From Poriferisphaera sp. WC338 (GTDB lineage Bacteria; Planctomycetota; Phycisphaerae; Phycisphaerales; Phycisphaeraceae): DNA of 16,000 nt. Each line of letters starts with the position of its first letter. Within the stretch, counting starts at the first letter, position 1. Below the pieces are notes generated by a model. It did no database searches. It saw nothing but the letters and a program-made list of their open reading frames with translations, and had not been told where the DNA came from. The DNA is taken from assembly GCF_050931845.1 (NCBI RefSeq), contig NZ_CP194516.1:2858017-2874016 (forward strand), in the 5' to 3' direction. Positions 6,888-14,426 of this stretch are shown here, one piece after another. The translations under genes and the position numbers were made by a program.

Positions 6888-7970
6888 ATGTGTGCGAGAA
6901 AAGCCAAGGCATTGCGAGCAGCTTTCATCGGCGCAGGCGGAATCGCCAAACCACACCTCGATGCACTTGCAAGGATTGATGAGGTTGAAGTGGTAGCGTT
7001 GGCGGATGTAAATACCAAAGTGATGGAAGAACACGCCGAGGCGTATGCGATTGATTCTTCCGGCTTGTATACGGATTACAAAAAGATGCTGGCAAAAGTG
7101 AAGCCAGAGGTGGTGTTTGTCTGCACCCCAAACGGCTTACACGCACCAGCCTCAATCGCGGCAAGCAAAGCCGGCGCACACGTCATGGTTGAAAAACCTA
7201 TGGCAATGAATGCCCGTGAAGCGAAAAGGATGATCGACGCCGCTAAGAAAGCGCGAAAGAAGATCATCTGCGGTTTGCAGTTTCGATTTGACCCCAAGAC
7301 ACAGTTTTTGAAAAAGCAGGTGGATGCGGGCCAGCTTGGCAACATCATGTTTGGTCGTGTGCAAGCAATGCGACGGCGCGGCATCCCGAACTGGGGTGTA
7401 TTCGGCCAAAAGGAATTACAAGGTGGCGGCCCGATGATCGACATCGGCGTACATGCACTTGAGATGTGTCATTATGTGATGGGTTCACCCAAACCCATAG
7501 CCGCAAGTGGCATGACTTGGACTTACCTCGGCGATAAGCCCAGCGACCAGATCGAATGCCTTTGGCCAAACTGGGATCATAAAAACTATGATGTCGAAGA
7601 TCTTGCTGTCGGCCATATCCGTTTTGACAATGGCGCGGTGATTCATATTGAATCGAGCTTCATCGCACATATAGAGCCGACGTCGATCATGGATTTTCAG
7701 CTTATGGGCACCAAGGGCGGCTGCAAATGGGATTCGTCAACCGTGTCGACCGATCAACACGGCTACATGATTGATTACAAGCCGACGTATAACACGCCGG
7801 GCGATTTTAATGAGAACTTCTATCGCAAGAATCGCAACTTCATTGACCATCTGCTTTATGGCGCTAAGCCGATCGCACCGACAGAGGACGGACTCATGGT
7901 GCAGCAGATGCTTGACGCGATTTATCAATCCGCAGACAAAGGTGGCAAAGAAGTCCGTATCTCACCTTAA
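6888..7970 (+). CDS. Gfo/Idh/MocA-family NAD(P)-dependent oxidoreductase
   Basis: N-terminal Rossmann motif LRAAFIGAGGIAKPHLDAL, then VFVCTPNGLHAPASIAASKAGAHVMVEKPMA (the family EKP motif). The C-terminal alpha/beta domain is typical of the family. I prefer the ATG at 6888 over the track's TTG at 6882 because AGGAG (6875-6879) lies 8 nt upstream of 6888 and only 2 nt from 6882. Confidence 0.9.
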   Translation: MCARKAKALRAAFIGAGGIAKPHLDALARIDEVEVVALADVNTKVMEEHAEAYAIDSSGLYTDYKKMLAKVKPEVVFVCTPNGLHAPASIAASKAGAHVMVEKPMAMNAREAKRMIDAAKKARKKIICGLQFRFDPKTQFLKKQVDAGQLGNIMFGRVQAMRRRGIPNWGVFGQKELQGGGPMIDIGVHALEMCHYVMGSPKPIAASGMTWTYLGDKPSDQIECLWPNWDHKNYDVEDLAVGHIRFDNGAVIHIESSFIAHIEPTSIMDFQLMGTKGGCKWDSSTVSTDQHGYMIDYKPTYNTPGDFNENFYRKNRNFIDHLLYGAKPIAPTEDGLMVQQMLDAIYQSADKGGKEVRISP

Positions 7971-7994
7971 GTCAAACCATATAGCGAACATATG

Positions 7995-8024
7995 AACCAC
8001 AGGTGATTGTACCTGTGGTTTTTT
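7995..8024 (+). terminator. rho-independent terminator after the oxidoreductase gene
   Basis: Perfect 10-bp stem AACCACAGGT (7995-8004) / ACCTGTGGTT (8011-8020), 6-nt loop, then TTTT (8021-8024). Starts 25 nt after the stop codon. Confidence 0.75.
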
Positions 8025-8090
8025 CATGCACTAGATACATGAATTAAAAAGGCTTGTATGGCGTTATTGCCCATAGAAGCACGATCGCCC

Positions 8091-8120
8091 TTGACGGCCT
8101 GGGGCAACAGACGTGATACT
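8091..8120 (+). promoter_or_regulatory. putative promoter for the cytochrome b562-like gene
   Basis: TTGACG (8091-8096), 18-nt spacer, GATACT (8115-8120), about 37 nt upstream of the ATG at 8157. By-eye match only. Confidence 0.3.
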
Positions 8121-8156
8121 GTCCTGCATTCACAGCAACAATTACGGAGAAACACC

Positions 8157-8618
8157 ATGCCTAAAGAACAGAATTTCCGCGCTCGTTTTGGTTTGATGAT
8201 CTTTGTCACCCTTGGCTCTTTGGCCTTGCTTGCGCCGCTTAGTTTCGCAGACAAAGACAGCGAGCATGATGAAGTCAACCTGCATGAACTTATGGAAGAT
8301 ATGGAGGATGATTTCAAAGCACTTCGTAAGCAAATTAATAATGCAGATAAAAATGATTCGAGTGTGGAGCTTCTGACGGACCTTCAAGAAGATGCCGTGG
8401 AAGCCAAAGGGTTCATGCCAGACAACGTGCTCGATGCATCTGCGTCAGAAAAGGACGCATTGCAAACTGAATATCTAATTGCGATGAATAAGCTCATCAT
8501 AGAACTCGCACAAACTGAGATTGCCCTGCTTGAAAACGACAACAAGAAGGCGGTCAAAGCACTGGTGAAAGTGCGTGATGTACAAAGAAGTGGCCACAAA
8601 AAATTCAAACACGACTGA
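8157..8618 (+). CDS. secreted cytochrome b562-family four-helix-bundle protein
   Basis: Start chosen at ATG 8157, with GGAGA at 8146-8150. Signal peptide MIFVTLGSLALLAPLSFA. The mature part parallels E. coli cytochrome b562 as I recall it: LHELMEDMEDDFKALRK versus LEDNMETLNDNLKVIEK (axial Met region), and C-terminal RSGHKKFKHD versus RNAYHKKYR (axial His). Confidence 0.7.
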   Translation: MPKEQNFRARFGLMIFVTLGSLALLAPLSFADKDSEHDEVNLHELMEDMEDDFKALRKQINNADKNDSSVELLTDLQEDAVEAKGFMPDNVLDASASEKDALQTEYLIAMNKLIIELAQTEIALLENDNKKAVKALVKVRDVQRSGHKKFKHD

Positions 8619-8640
8619 TTGATATCGATGAATGACTCCG

Positions 8641-8675
8641 GGCTTGCGTGTGAAGACGTGCAAGCCTGATTTTTA
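8641..8675 (+). terminator. hairpin plus T-tract: probable intrinsic terminator or attenuator between the two cytochrome genes
   Basis: 11-bp stem GGCTTGCGTGT (8641-8651) / ACGTGCAAGCC (8656-8666) with two G-U pairs, GAAG tetraloop, then TGATTTTTA (8667-8675). Sits in the 73-nt gap before the ATG at 8692. Confidence 0.5.
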
Positions 8676-8691
8676 TATGACAGGACTCATT

Positions 8692-9675
8692 ATGGCTCGC
8701 CACTTGTTAGTTCGATTGCTGCTCGCATTTGGGATGATGCTCGCTGCGTTACCGTTTGCAATGGCGGAAACAAAAGAACAAACAGTGCCTCCAGCAAATA
8801 CAAGTGGCTCTGCAGGCGAAGCATTGCGGGATATGCATTTAGCATCACAGGTTCATGCGATCTTTAAAGAAAAGTGTTACGACTGCCACGGGGCACACCT
8901 AATCAAGCCGGATGGCGGATTTGGCTATACGCTTGATTTTGAGAAGCTACGGAGTACACCGGACTATATCGTGCCGGGTGATGTGAACAAGTCGTATATT
9001 TACGATCTTGTAGATTTTGGGGACATGCCGCCACTGGATAGTGACGTAGCACAGCTAACCAATCACGAGAAAGAACTTGTGAAGTGGTGGATCGAAGCAG
9101 GTGCACCAGCAATGAAAGTCGTAGACGAACCAATAAAAATCGCATCCATTGCTGCAGAAAAACCAATTGACACTTCTGATAAACCGAAACCAAAATTGGC
9201 GCAAGCAACCGTGACCACAACACCATCTCAGCCAGGCAAACGGTGGCTTAACTTCTTTGGACAATTCCATCCACCCACAACACATTTTCCAATCGCGCTC
9301 TTAATGATGGCCGCATTCGCCGAGTTGCTTTTTGTACTTTCTCGACGAGATGAGCTTAAAAGTGTGGTTCGCTTTTGCATATGGTTTGGCGTAATCGGTG
9401 CCATCTTTTCCGCTAGTCTGGGTTGGGCTGAAGGCGCATATCATCTTATGAAACCCTCTGAATTATGGGCTTTTAATTTGCACCGATTGCTCGGCACAAT
9501 GGTTGCTATCTGGGGTTTGCTCATGCTAATCTACCTTGAAGCGCGTGTTCGTCGGAGTGCCTGTGGCTGCCGAACAGGGTTGCGCGTATTGCTTTTTGTC
9601 GGTGCAATACTGGTATCAATCACCGGATTTCTCGGCGGGCTATTAACCTTCGGTGTTGATCATTACACATTCTGA
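8692..9675 (+). CDS. c-type cytochrome domain (Planctomycete cytochrome c / PSCyt1-like) fused to a 4-TM DUF2231-like membrane domain
   Basis: Start chosen at ATG 8692 (MARHLLVRLLLAFGMMLAALPFAMA signal peptide; AGGA 6 nt upstream). Heme-binding CYDCH at 8875-8889, within FKEKCYDCHG...PDGGFGYTLD...IVPGDVNKSYIYDLV...MPP...EKELVKWWIEAGA, the pattern I associate with PSCyt1. Pro/Lys/Thr linker. The C-terminal FHPPTTHFPIALLMMAAF plus three further TM helices resembles DUF2231. Confidence 0.8.
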   Translation: MARHLLVRLLLAFGMMLAALPFAMAETKEQTVPPANTSGSAGEALRDMHLASQVHAIFKEKCYDCHGAHLIKPDGGFGYTLDFEKLRSTPDYIVPGDVNKSYIYDLVDFGDMPPLDSDVAQLTNHEKELVKWWIEAGAPAMKVVDEPIKIASIAAEKPIDTSDKPKPKLAQATVTTTPSQPGKRWLNFFGQFHPPTTHFPIALLMMAAFAELLFVLSRRDELKSVVRFCIWFGVIGAIFSASLGWAEGAYHLMKPSELWAFNLHRLLGTMVAIWGLLMLIYLEARVRRSACGCRTGLRVLLFVGAILVSITGFLGGLLTFGVDHYTF

Positions 9676-9900
9676 CCACCTTACATTTCCCAACAATACT
9701 GCCAATACACCCGTACTACATCAGACATAAAGCTCTGGTTCTGCACACCAAATCCGCATGTCTACGGCATACATGTCTTTTGAATCTATTCATGAATAAT
9801 ACTTGTTCATGTAGCAAAGAGCGTTTAACATCACATCCGTCGAAACGCGATAACCATCTTTGAATATAACGTTCTGTACTTTCTCTTGGAGCAATATCTC

Positions 9901-10296
9901 ATGGCCGAACAGGTTGAGGGCCGCGCGCACGAGGAGATCGATGCGCCGGACATTTCTAACACACAAACATCCTCCAAAACAAAGCTGGATTACAACAACC
10001 CCAAGGTTGTGACATCCATACAAAAATACTGGGAAGCAAACATCCGTGTGATGGGTATCTTACTCCTGATCTGGGCGGCGGTCGGATTAGGCTGCGGCAT
10101 TCTTTTTGCAGACTGGCTAAATCAGTTCAACTTCCCCGGCACAGGCGCGCCGCTCGGCTTCTGGTTTGCTCAACAAGGATCCATCATTGTCTTTGTGTTC
10201 CTGATCTTAGTTTATGCGATCATCATGAATCGCTTGGATGCTTATCATCAACGAGAGCTTAAAAACCTCCATGAACAAGATGGAGGTGATGCATGA
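9901..10296 (+). CDS. DUF4212 protein (putative solute:sodium symporter small subunit)
   Basis: YWEANIRVMGILLLIWAAVGLGCGILFADWLN...GAPLGFWFAQQGSIIVFVFLILVYAIIMNRLD matches the two-TM DUF4212 pattern found upstream of VC_2705-type symporters. ATG 9901 is preferred, with GGAG at 9888-9891. Its stop overlaps the symporter start (ATGA at 10293-10296). Confidence 0.85.
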   Translation: MAEQVEGRAHEEIDAPDISNTQTSSKTKLDYNNPKVVTSIQKYWEANIRVMGILLLIWAAVGLGCGILFADWLNQFNFPGTGAPLGFWFAQQGSIIVFVFLILVYAIIMNRLDAYHQRELKNLHEQDGGDA

Positions 10297-12326
10297 GCGT
10301 ATTAACTTGGACCTACATCTTCGTCGGATTAACGTTTGGCTTGTACCTCTTCATTGCCTGGCGAGCACGAGTCAAAGACACCAAAGGCTTCTATGTCGCA
10401 GGCCGCGGTGTCCCCGCTTCAGCAAACGGCATGGCCACTGCCGCTGACTGGATGTCGGCGGCTTCATTCATCGGCATGGCAGGACTCATCTCCACCATGG
10501 GATATGCAGGCGGGCAATACCTCATGGGTTGGACCGGCGGGTACGTGCTACTCGCACTCTTACTCGCTCCGTACCTCCGCAAGTTCGGACACTTCACCGT
10601 ACCAGACTTTATCGGTGATCGCTTCTCTTCCAACTTCGCACGCATCGTTGCCGTCATTTGCGCGATCTTTATCTCGTTCACCTATGTCGCCGGTCAAATG
10701 CGCGGCGTCGGCATCGTCTTCTCACGCTTCCTCGAAGTCCCCATTACCTACGGCGTCATCATCGGCATGATCATCGTCTTCATCTACGCCACGCTCGGCG
10801 GCATGAAAGGCATCACTTGGACACAGGTCGCGCAATACTGGATTCTCATCACCGCGTTCCTCATCCCCGCCATCGCGATCTCCATCAAACTCACCGGCAC
10901 GCCCATCCCGCAGCTTGGTCTTGGCGCTCAGATCACCGACACGTCCACACACCTGCTCGACAAACTGAACAACATCGGAAATGATCTAGGGTTTGGATCA
11001 TATACCGCCGCTTCCGGTGCATCCGGCGGGGGCTTTAACAAACTATTGAACATGTTCTGCGTCACCCTCGCGCTTATGGTTGGCACCGCAGGCTTACCTC
11101 ACGTCATCGTGCGATTTTATACGGTGAAGAATGTGAAAGCTGCACGCTGGTCTGCATTCTGGGCGCTGCTCTTTATCGCAGGTTTGTATCTCACTGCACC
11201 AGCAACGGCTGCCTTTGCACGCTACTACATGCTGACAACTTTGAACGGCCGTACCTACGCAATGAATATCGGCGCCGCTGGTATTCAAACCAGTGACGGA
11301 CAAACCATCAGCATGACCAAAGATACGGAGGGGCTTAACCGTGTGATGATCAGCGGCGTGGACGCATCGGCGGCCCTTCCCTACAACCGCTTCAACACTG
11401 CCGAAGGTAAACAGTACTACATCATTCAGCGCGAATCCGGTGACATCATCTCTGAACTGCCACACTGGTATTTCAACTGGGAAAATACCGGTCTGATTGC
11501 ATGGTTTGATGGTAACAATGATGGCCGCGTGTCCTATACTGGACGAGATGACAACGAAGTTTTCCGTGCTGGCGGTGCACTGGCTGGCGCAACTTTCACA
11601 CAATTAAAAGTTGAACATCAGAAATGGCTTGATACCGGTGGTACACAAGGTGCCGATGCACGTGCCACATTGACGAAGGAAGAACTGTCCGGACCAGATA
11701 AGGACATCATCGTCCTAGCCACACCTGAAATGGCCGAGCTTTCCAACTGGATCATCGCATTCATTGCGGCAGGTGGCTTGGCGGCAGCTTTGTCGACTGC
11801 ATCGGGTTTGTTGCTGGTGATCTCATCGTCAGTCGCACACGACCTCTACTTCAATATCTTGAATCCAAAGGCATCGGAAGCATCACGACTCTTGGTCGGA
11901 CGTGTGGTGATTGGATTCGCGGTGGTGGTGGCTGGATTCTTTGGGATCTACCCACCGGGCTTTGTGAGTGAAGTGGTGGCGTTTGCATTTGGCCTCGCTG
12001 CAGCGTCATTCTTCCCGGCAATCGTGCTAGGCATTTTCTCAAAACGTGTCAGCACCGGGCCAGCGGTCATCGGTATGCTGGTCGGGATTATTTTCACCGC
12101 AACATACATCATCGGCGGCGTCTATATGGACATGCCCAACTGGTGCTTCGGGATCAGCACACGCGGCATCGGTGCCGTCGGTATGGTCTTGAACTTCATA
12201 GTAACGTTGGGCTTAACCCCCTTCTTCCCACCACCGAACGAAAATGTCCAAGCCATGGTTGCCGCGATTCGTGAGCCAGAATTCGAACCGCCAGCACCGC
12301 AGATCGAAGAAGCCGTGGTGCATTAG
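10293..12326 (+). CDS. sodium:solute symporter (SSF) family transporter, VC_2705/ActP-like large subunit, with a large hydrophilic insertion
   Basis: 677 aa with multiple TM helices. SSF-type motifs GFYVAGRGVPASANGMATAADWMSAASFIGMAG and GTAGLPHVIVRFYT. GGAGG lies 5 nt upstream. Paired with a DUF4212 gene. Residues about 312-482 are hydrophilic. Confidence 0.92.
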   Translation: MSVLTWTYIFVGLTFGLYLFIAWRARVKDTKGFYVAGRGVPASANGMATAADWMSAASFIGMAGLISTMGYAGGQYLMGWTGGYVLLALLLAPYLRKFGHFTVPDFIGDRFSSNFARIVAVICAIFISFTYVAGQMRGVGIVFSRFLEVPITYGVIIGMIIVFIYATLGGMKGITWTQVAQYWILITAFLIPAIAISIKLTGTPIPQLGLGAQITDTSTHLLDKLNNIGNDLGFGSYTAASGASGGGFNKLLNMFCVTLALMVGTAGLPHVIVRFYTVKNVKAARWSAFWALLFIAGLYLTAPATAAFARYYMLTTLNGRTYAMNIGAAGIQTSDGQTISMTKDTEGLNRVMISGVDASAALPYNRFNTAEGKQYYIIQRESGDIISELPHWYFNWENTGLIAWFDGNNDGRVSYTGRDDNEVFRAGGALAGATFTQLKVEHQKWLDTGGTQGADARATLTKEELSGPDKDIIVLATPEMAELSNWIIAFIAAGGLAAALSTASGLLLVISSSVAHDLYFNILNPKASEASRLLVGRVVIGFAVVVAGFFGIYPPGFVSEVVAFAFGLAAASFFPAIVLGIFSKRVSTGPAVIGMLVGIIFTATYIIGGVYMDMPNWCFGISTRGIGAVGMVLNFIVTLGLTPFFPPPNENVQAMVAAIREPEFEPPAPQIEEAVVH

Positions 12327-12346
12327 CCTCATTCAACTCATCTACG

Positions 12347-12374
12347 AAAAAAGCCTGCAATTGCAGGCTTTTTT
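12347..12374. terminator. bidirectional rho-independent terminator shared by the convergent symporter and RDD genes
   Basis: Perfect 28-nt palindrome AAAAAAGCCTGCAA/TTGCAGGCTTTTTT. It forms a GC-containing stem flanked by an A-run and a T-run, so it reads as stem plus U-tract on both strands. Lies 21 nt after the symporter stop and 27 nt after the RDD gene stop. Confidence 0.8.
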
Positions 12375-12401
12375 ATGCGCGAGGAAAGACCGATTTTAGA
12401 A

Positions 12402-14240
12402 TCAATCTTCTTTTTCGTCCTGATCAAGATGATCGAGTTTCATGGGTTGAGGTGTATCCATAACCACGACTGTTTGCATGGCCATGTCACCAACACGCTG
12501 ACGGTTCATAGAAATCAACGGAAAGAGAAGCAAAATCGGCACGAGCAAATCGAGTAGCTTAGAAAGACCACGCCCGAGAAGTTGACCTACGGCGGGCTTC
12601 TCACCTTTTATGGTGACGACGCGAATGCCAGCGATTTTTTTGCCAACGGTGCGGCCAGTGGCGATTTCACTGACTGTGGTGTAAAGAATGAAGGCGCCTA
12701 TGATGATCAGCGCAGGGACCATTTTTTCCCATGACAAACCTGCCTCCGCGCCTGGCCAACGACTCCATAATTCAGTAAAGCTAAGATTGAATGAGAACTT
12801 CACGATAAGAACGATCGGAAGGATGTCGATCATGCCAGCATAAAGCCGCTTGGAAAAATCACAGAGCACCATCTGCTTAGGAAGCGCAAGTTTGTTCTGT
12901 GCAGGATCTCGCATCATAAAGATCATGAGGAGAATCATGGCTGCCATCAGTACACCAAAGGTAATCATGTACTGCGCAAAAAGTTCAAACGCTTGCGGCT
13001 CATAGGCAGTAAGTGTGGTGGGTTTACCAATCTCTTTACCTTGGAGATCGAGTTCCGCAAGCGTGAGTGAGACATTGTGCTCAGCGCTGCTGGGTAAAGC
13101 GAAAAGGCTAGGCGTACTGGTGGGTTTTTGGGGCTTATGTTCAGGATTGGCTGCAATGACGCCAAGATGACCGTTGTATGGAACCGCAGCCCATGAGGCA
13201 TCGCTTTTAAGCGGCAAATCTAGTTTCCCGATTTTGAGTTCCTGGTTGTTACGGAGAATATCAAAACCAACAGAAAGGGTGCTGCCGGGTTGCTGCACCG
13301 CCAATGCCAGCTGCTTATTCACTTCGAGCATGGCGAAACCGCGAGCGTTAGGCCAATTGATATTGGTGCGTTGCCAACCTTCCCCATCGTGTTGATAGAT
13401 GCGGATGTTACTGAGATCCGTCACTCCCTGCACCGCCAACACAGGAAAAGCGGCCTGTTCACTGCCAGCGACCATCCATGCCTTGCCAACATGCGGCCAG
13501 TCCAATGGCAAATCAATGAAAGTCCATCGCGCCCGATCATGCACCATCAAGCGGTCAACCGGTTTGCCATCAGTGTTCGTTGATGTTGTGGGGTTCGCAG
13601 ATAATGCGGCTTCTGCGTTAGATTGGGGCTTGGCTTCATCCTGTGTTTGTGGCTCGGATACTGGCTGATCCTCAAGGATGGTGGTGATAGCATTTGAATC
13701 TGCACCATCTTCGATCACTTGATTAGCTTCACGAGTTTTTGCTTCAGCTGCTTTGGCGTCTGCTTCGTTTGCAAATTGTACAAGTGCGAAAGCATTTGTT
13801 TCATTAACCGCCAAACTACGAAGCTCACAATTCACGGTGATGGGCGATTGTGCGGACGAGGTGTACTGCCAGAAATCCTGTGCCACGGATTTGACCGGGC
13901 TGAGTGTTTGAAAGGCAATGCCGTTGTCAATTTTGTAGGCCAACCAGAGTTGTTTGTCACGTACAGCAAGCCCGCCGGGTGCGAGGATTCCTGAGAAAGA
14001 ATGTGCATAGGTAATCTGGCCGGCTTCATCTTTCACATTGCGATGATATACACTGACCTGCGGTACTTTGGCGTCCTGATCATGTGGCTGCACAAACCAG
14101 AGATCTTCACCGTCACTGACTGCAGTCAGTGATTGCGCCTCAGCATGAGCGGAGGCAAAAACACTCACCCATGCCGTACCCACCAACATCAGCATGAGCC
14201 AAAGACCCCGATAACACCTTCTTGCGTTTGTGATCATCAT
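12402..14240 (-). CDS. RDD-family membrane protein with signal peptide and a roughly 400-aa N-terminal extracytoplasmic region
   Basis: 612 aa. Signal peptide LWLMLMLVGTAWVSVFASAHA. Beta-rich region split by an acidic, low-complexity linker. TM helix YMITFGVLMAAMILLMIFMM. RDD-like C-terminus (KRLYAGMIDILPIVLIV ... TGRTVGKKIAGIRVV ... NRQRVGDMAMQTVVV). Confidence 0.85.
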   Translation of the reverse strand: MMITNARRCYRGLWLMLMLVGTAWVSVFASAHAEAQSLTAVSDGEDLWFVQPHDQDAKVPQVSVYHRNVKDEAGQITYAHSFSGILAPGGLAVRDKQLWLAYKIDNGIAFQTLSPVKSVAQDFWQYTSSAQSPITVNCELRSLAVNETNAFALVQFANEADAKAAEAKTREANQVIEDGADSNAITTILEDQPVSEPQTQDEAKPQSNAEAALSANPTTSTNTDGKPVDRLMVHDRARWTFIDLPLDWPHVGKAWMVAGSEQAAFPVLAVQGVTDLSNIRIYQHDGEGWQRTNINWPNARGFAMLEVNKQLALAVQQPGSTLSVGFDILRNNQELKIGKLDLPLKSDASWAAVPYNGHLGVIAANPEHKPQKPTSTPSLFALPSSAEHNVSLTLAELDLQGKEIGKPTTLTAYEPQAFELFAQYMITFGVLMAAMILLMIFMMRDPAQNKLALPKQMVLCDFSKRLYAGMIDILPIVLIVKFSFNLSFTELWSRWPGAEAGLSWEKMVPALIIIGAFILYTTVSEIATGRTVGKKIAGIRVVTIKGEKPAVGQLLGRGLSKLLDLLVPILLLFPLISMNRQRVGDMAMQTVVVMDTPQPMKLDHLDQDEKED

Positions 14241-14390
14241 GACAGGTTACGCAAAAGCTCCGCTGGGGTAAACTGGCTTAAGACATCGGAACATGTTGTT
14301 GCGTCTGGTTGCACTGTTTCTCTCTCGACCGCGACGGGGGCAGGCCGTGAGAATATCTCTCTGGGATACATCGGGCAATCGGAACGCTAT

Positions 14391-14419
14391 CTGACAAGGG
14401 GGCAGCCACCGCTTACAAT
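14391..14419 (+). promoter_or_regulatory. near-consensus sigma70-type promoter positioned to give a leaderless cdsA mRNA
   Basis: CTGACA (14391-14396), exactly 17-nt spacer, TACAAT (14414-14419). The expected transcription start 7-8 nt downstream coincides with the A of the cdsA ATG (14427). There is no purine-rich SD in the 7 nt between. Confidence 0.45.
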
Positions 14420-14426
14420 CATAGCC

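Noticed and set aside
8058-8156. Upstream extension of the b562-like ORF (start 8058)
   Set aside because: The extension has no SD and precedes the signal peptide with 33 unrelated residues. ATG 8157 has GGAGA 6 nt upstream and gives a normal signal peptide. It also overlaps the putative promoter.
8632-8691. Upstream extension of the c-type cytochrome ORF (start 8632)
   Set aside because: It would be translated through the terminator-like hairpin. ATG 8692 gives a standard signal peptide (MARHLLVRLLLAFGMMLAALPFAMA).
11508-11543. Calling the symporter DGNNDGRVSYTG loop a bona fide EF-hand
   Set aside because: Position 12 is Gly rather than the bidentate Glu, and no flanking helix-loop-helix pattern is evident. 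It is only a generic DxNxDG-type loop and is reported as a hypothesis.
10336-11603. Alternate-frame and antisense ORFs within the symporter gene (10336-10770, 10391-10681, 10658-10984, 10722-10952, 11094-11603)
   Set aside because: They are nested in a strongly supported 677-aa transporter ORF. Their translations are Arg/His/Ser/Pro-biased shadows.
12375-12557. 60-aa plus-strand ORF beginning just after the bidirectional terminator and overlapping the RDD gene 3' end
   Set aside because: It starts immediately after the terminator T-run and is antisense to the conserved RDD C-terminus. It has no SD.
14133-14426. Track's N-terminal extension of cdsA (start at 14133)
   Set aside because: The extension overlaps the 5' end of the RDD gene on the other strand and runs through the divergent intergenic region. 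It translates to His/Cys/Thr-rich sequence that does not look like protein. The canonical CdsA N-terminus MLKYRLI begins at 14427, right after a promoter-like element.
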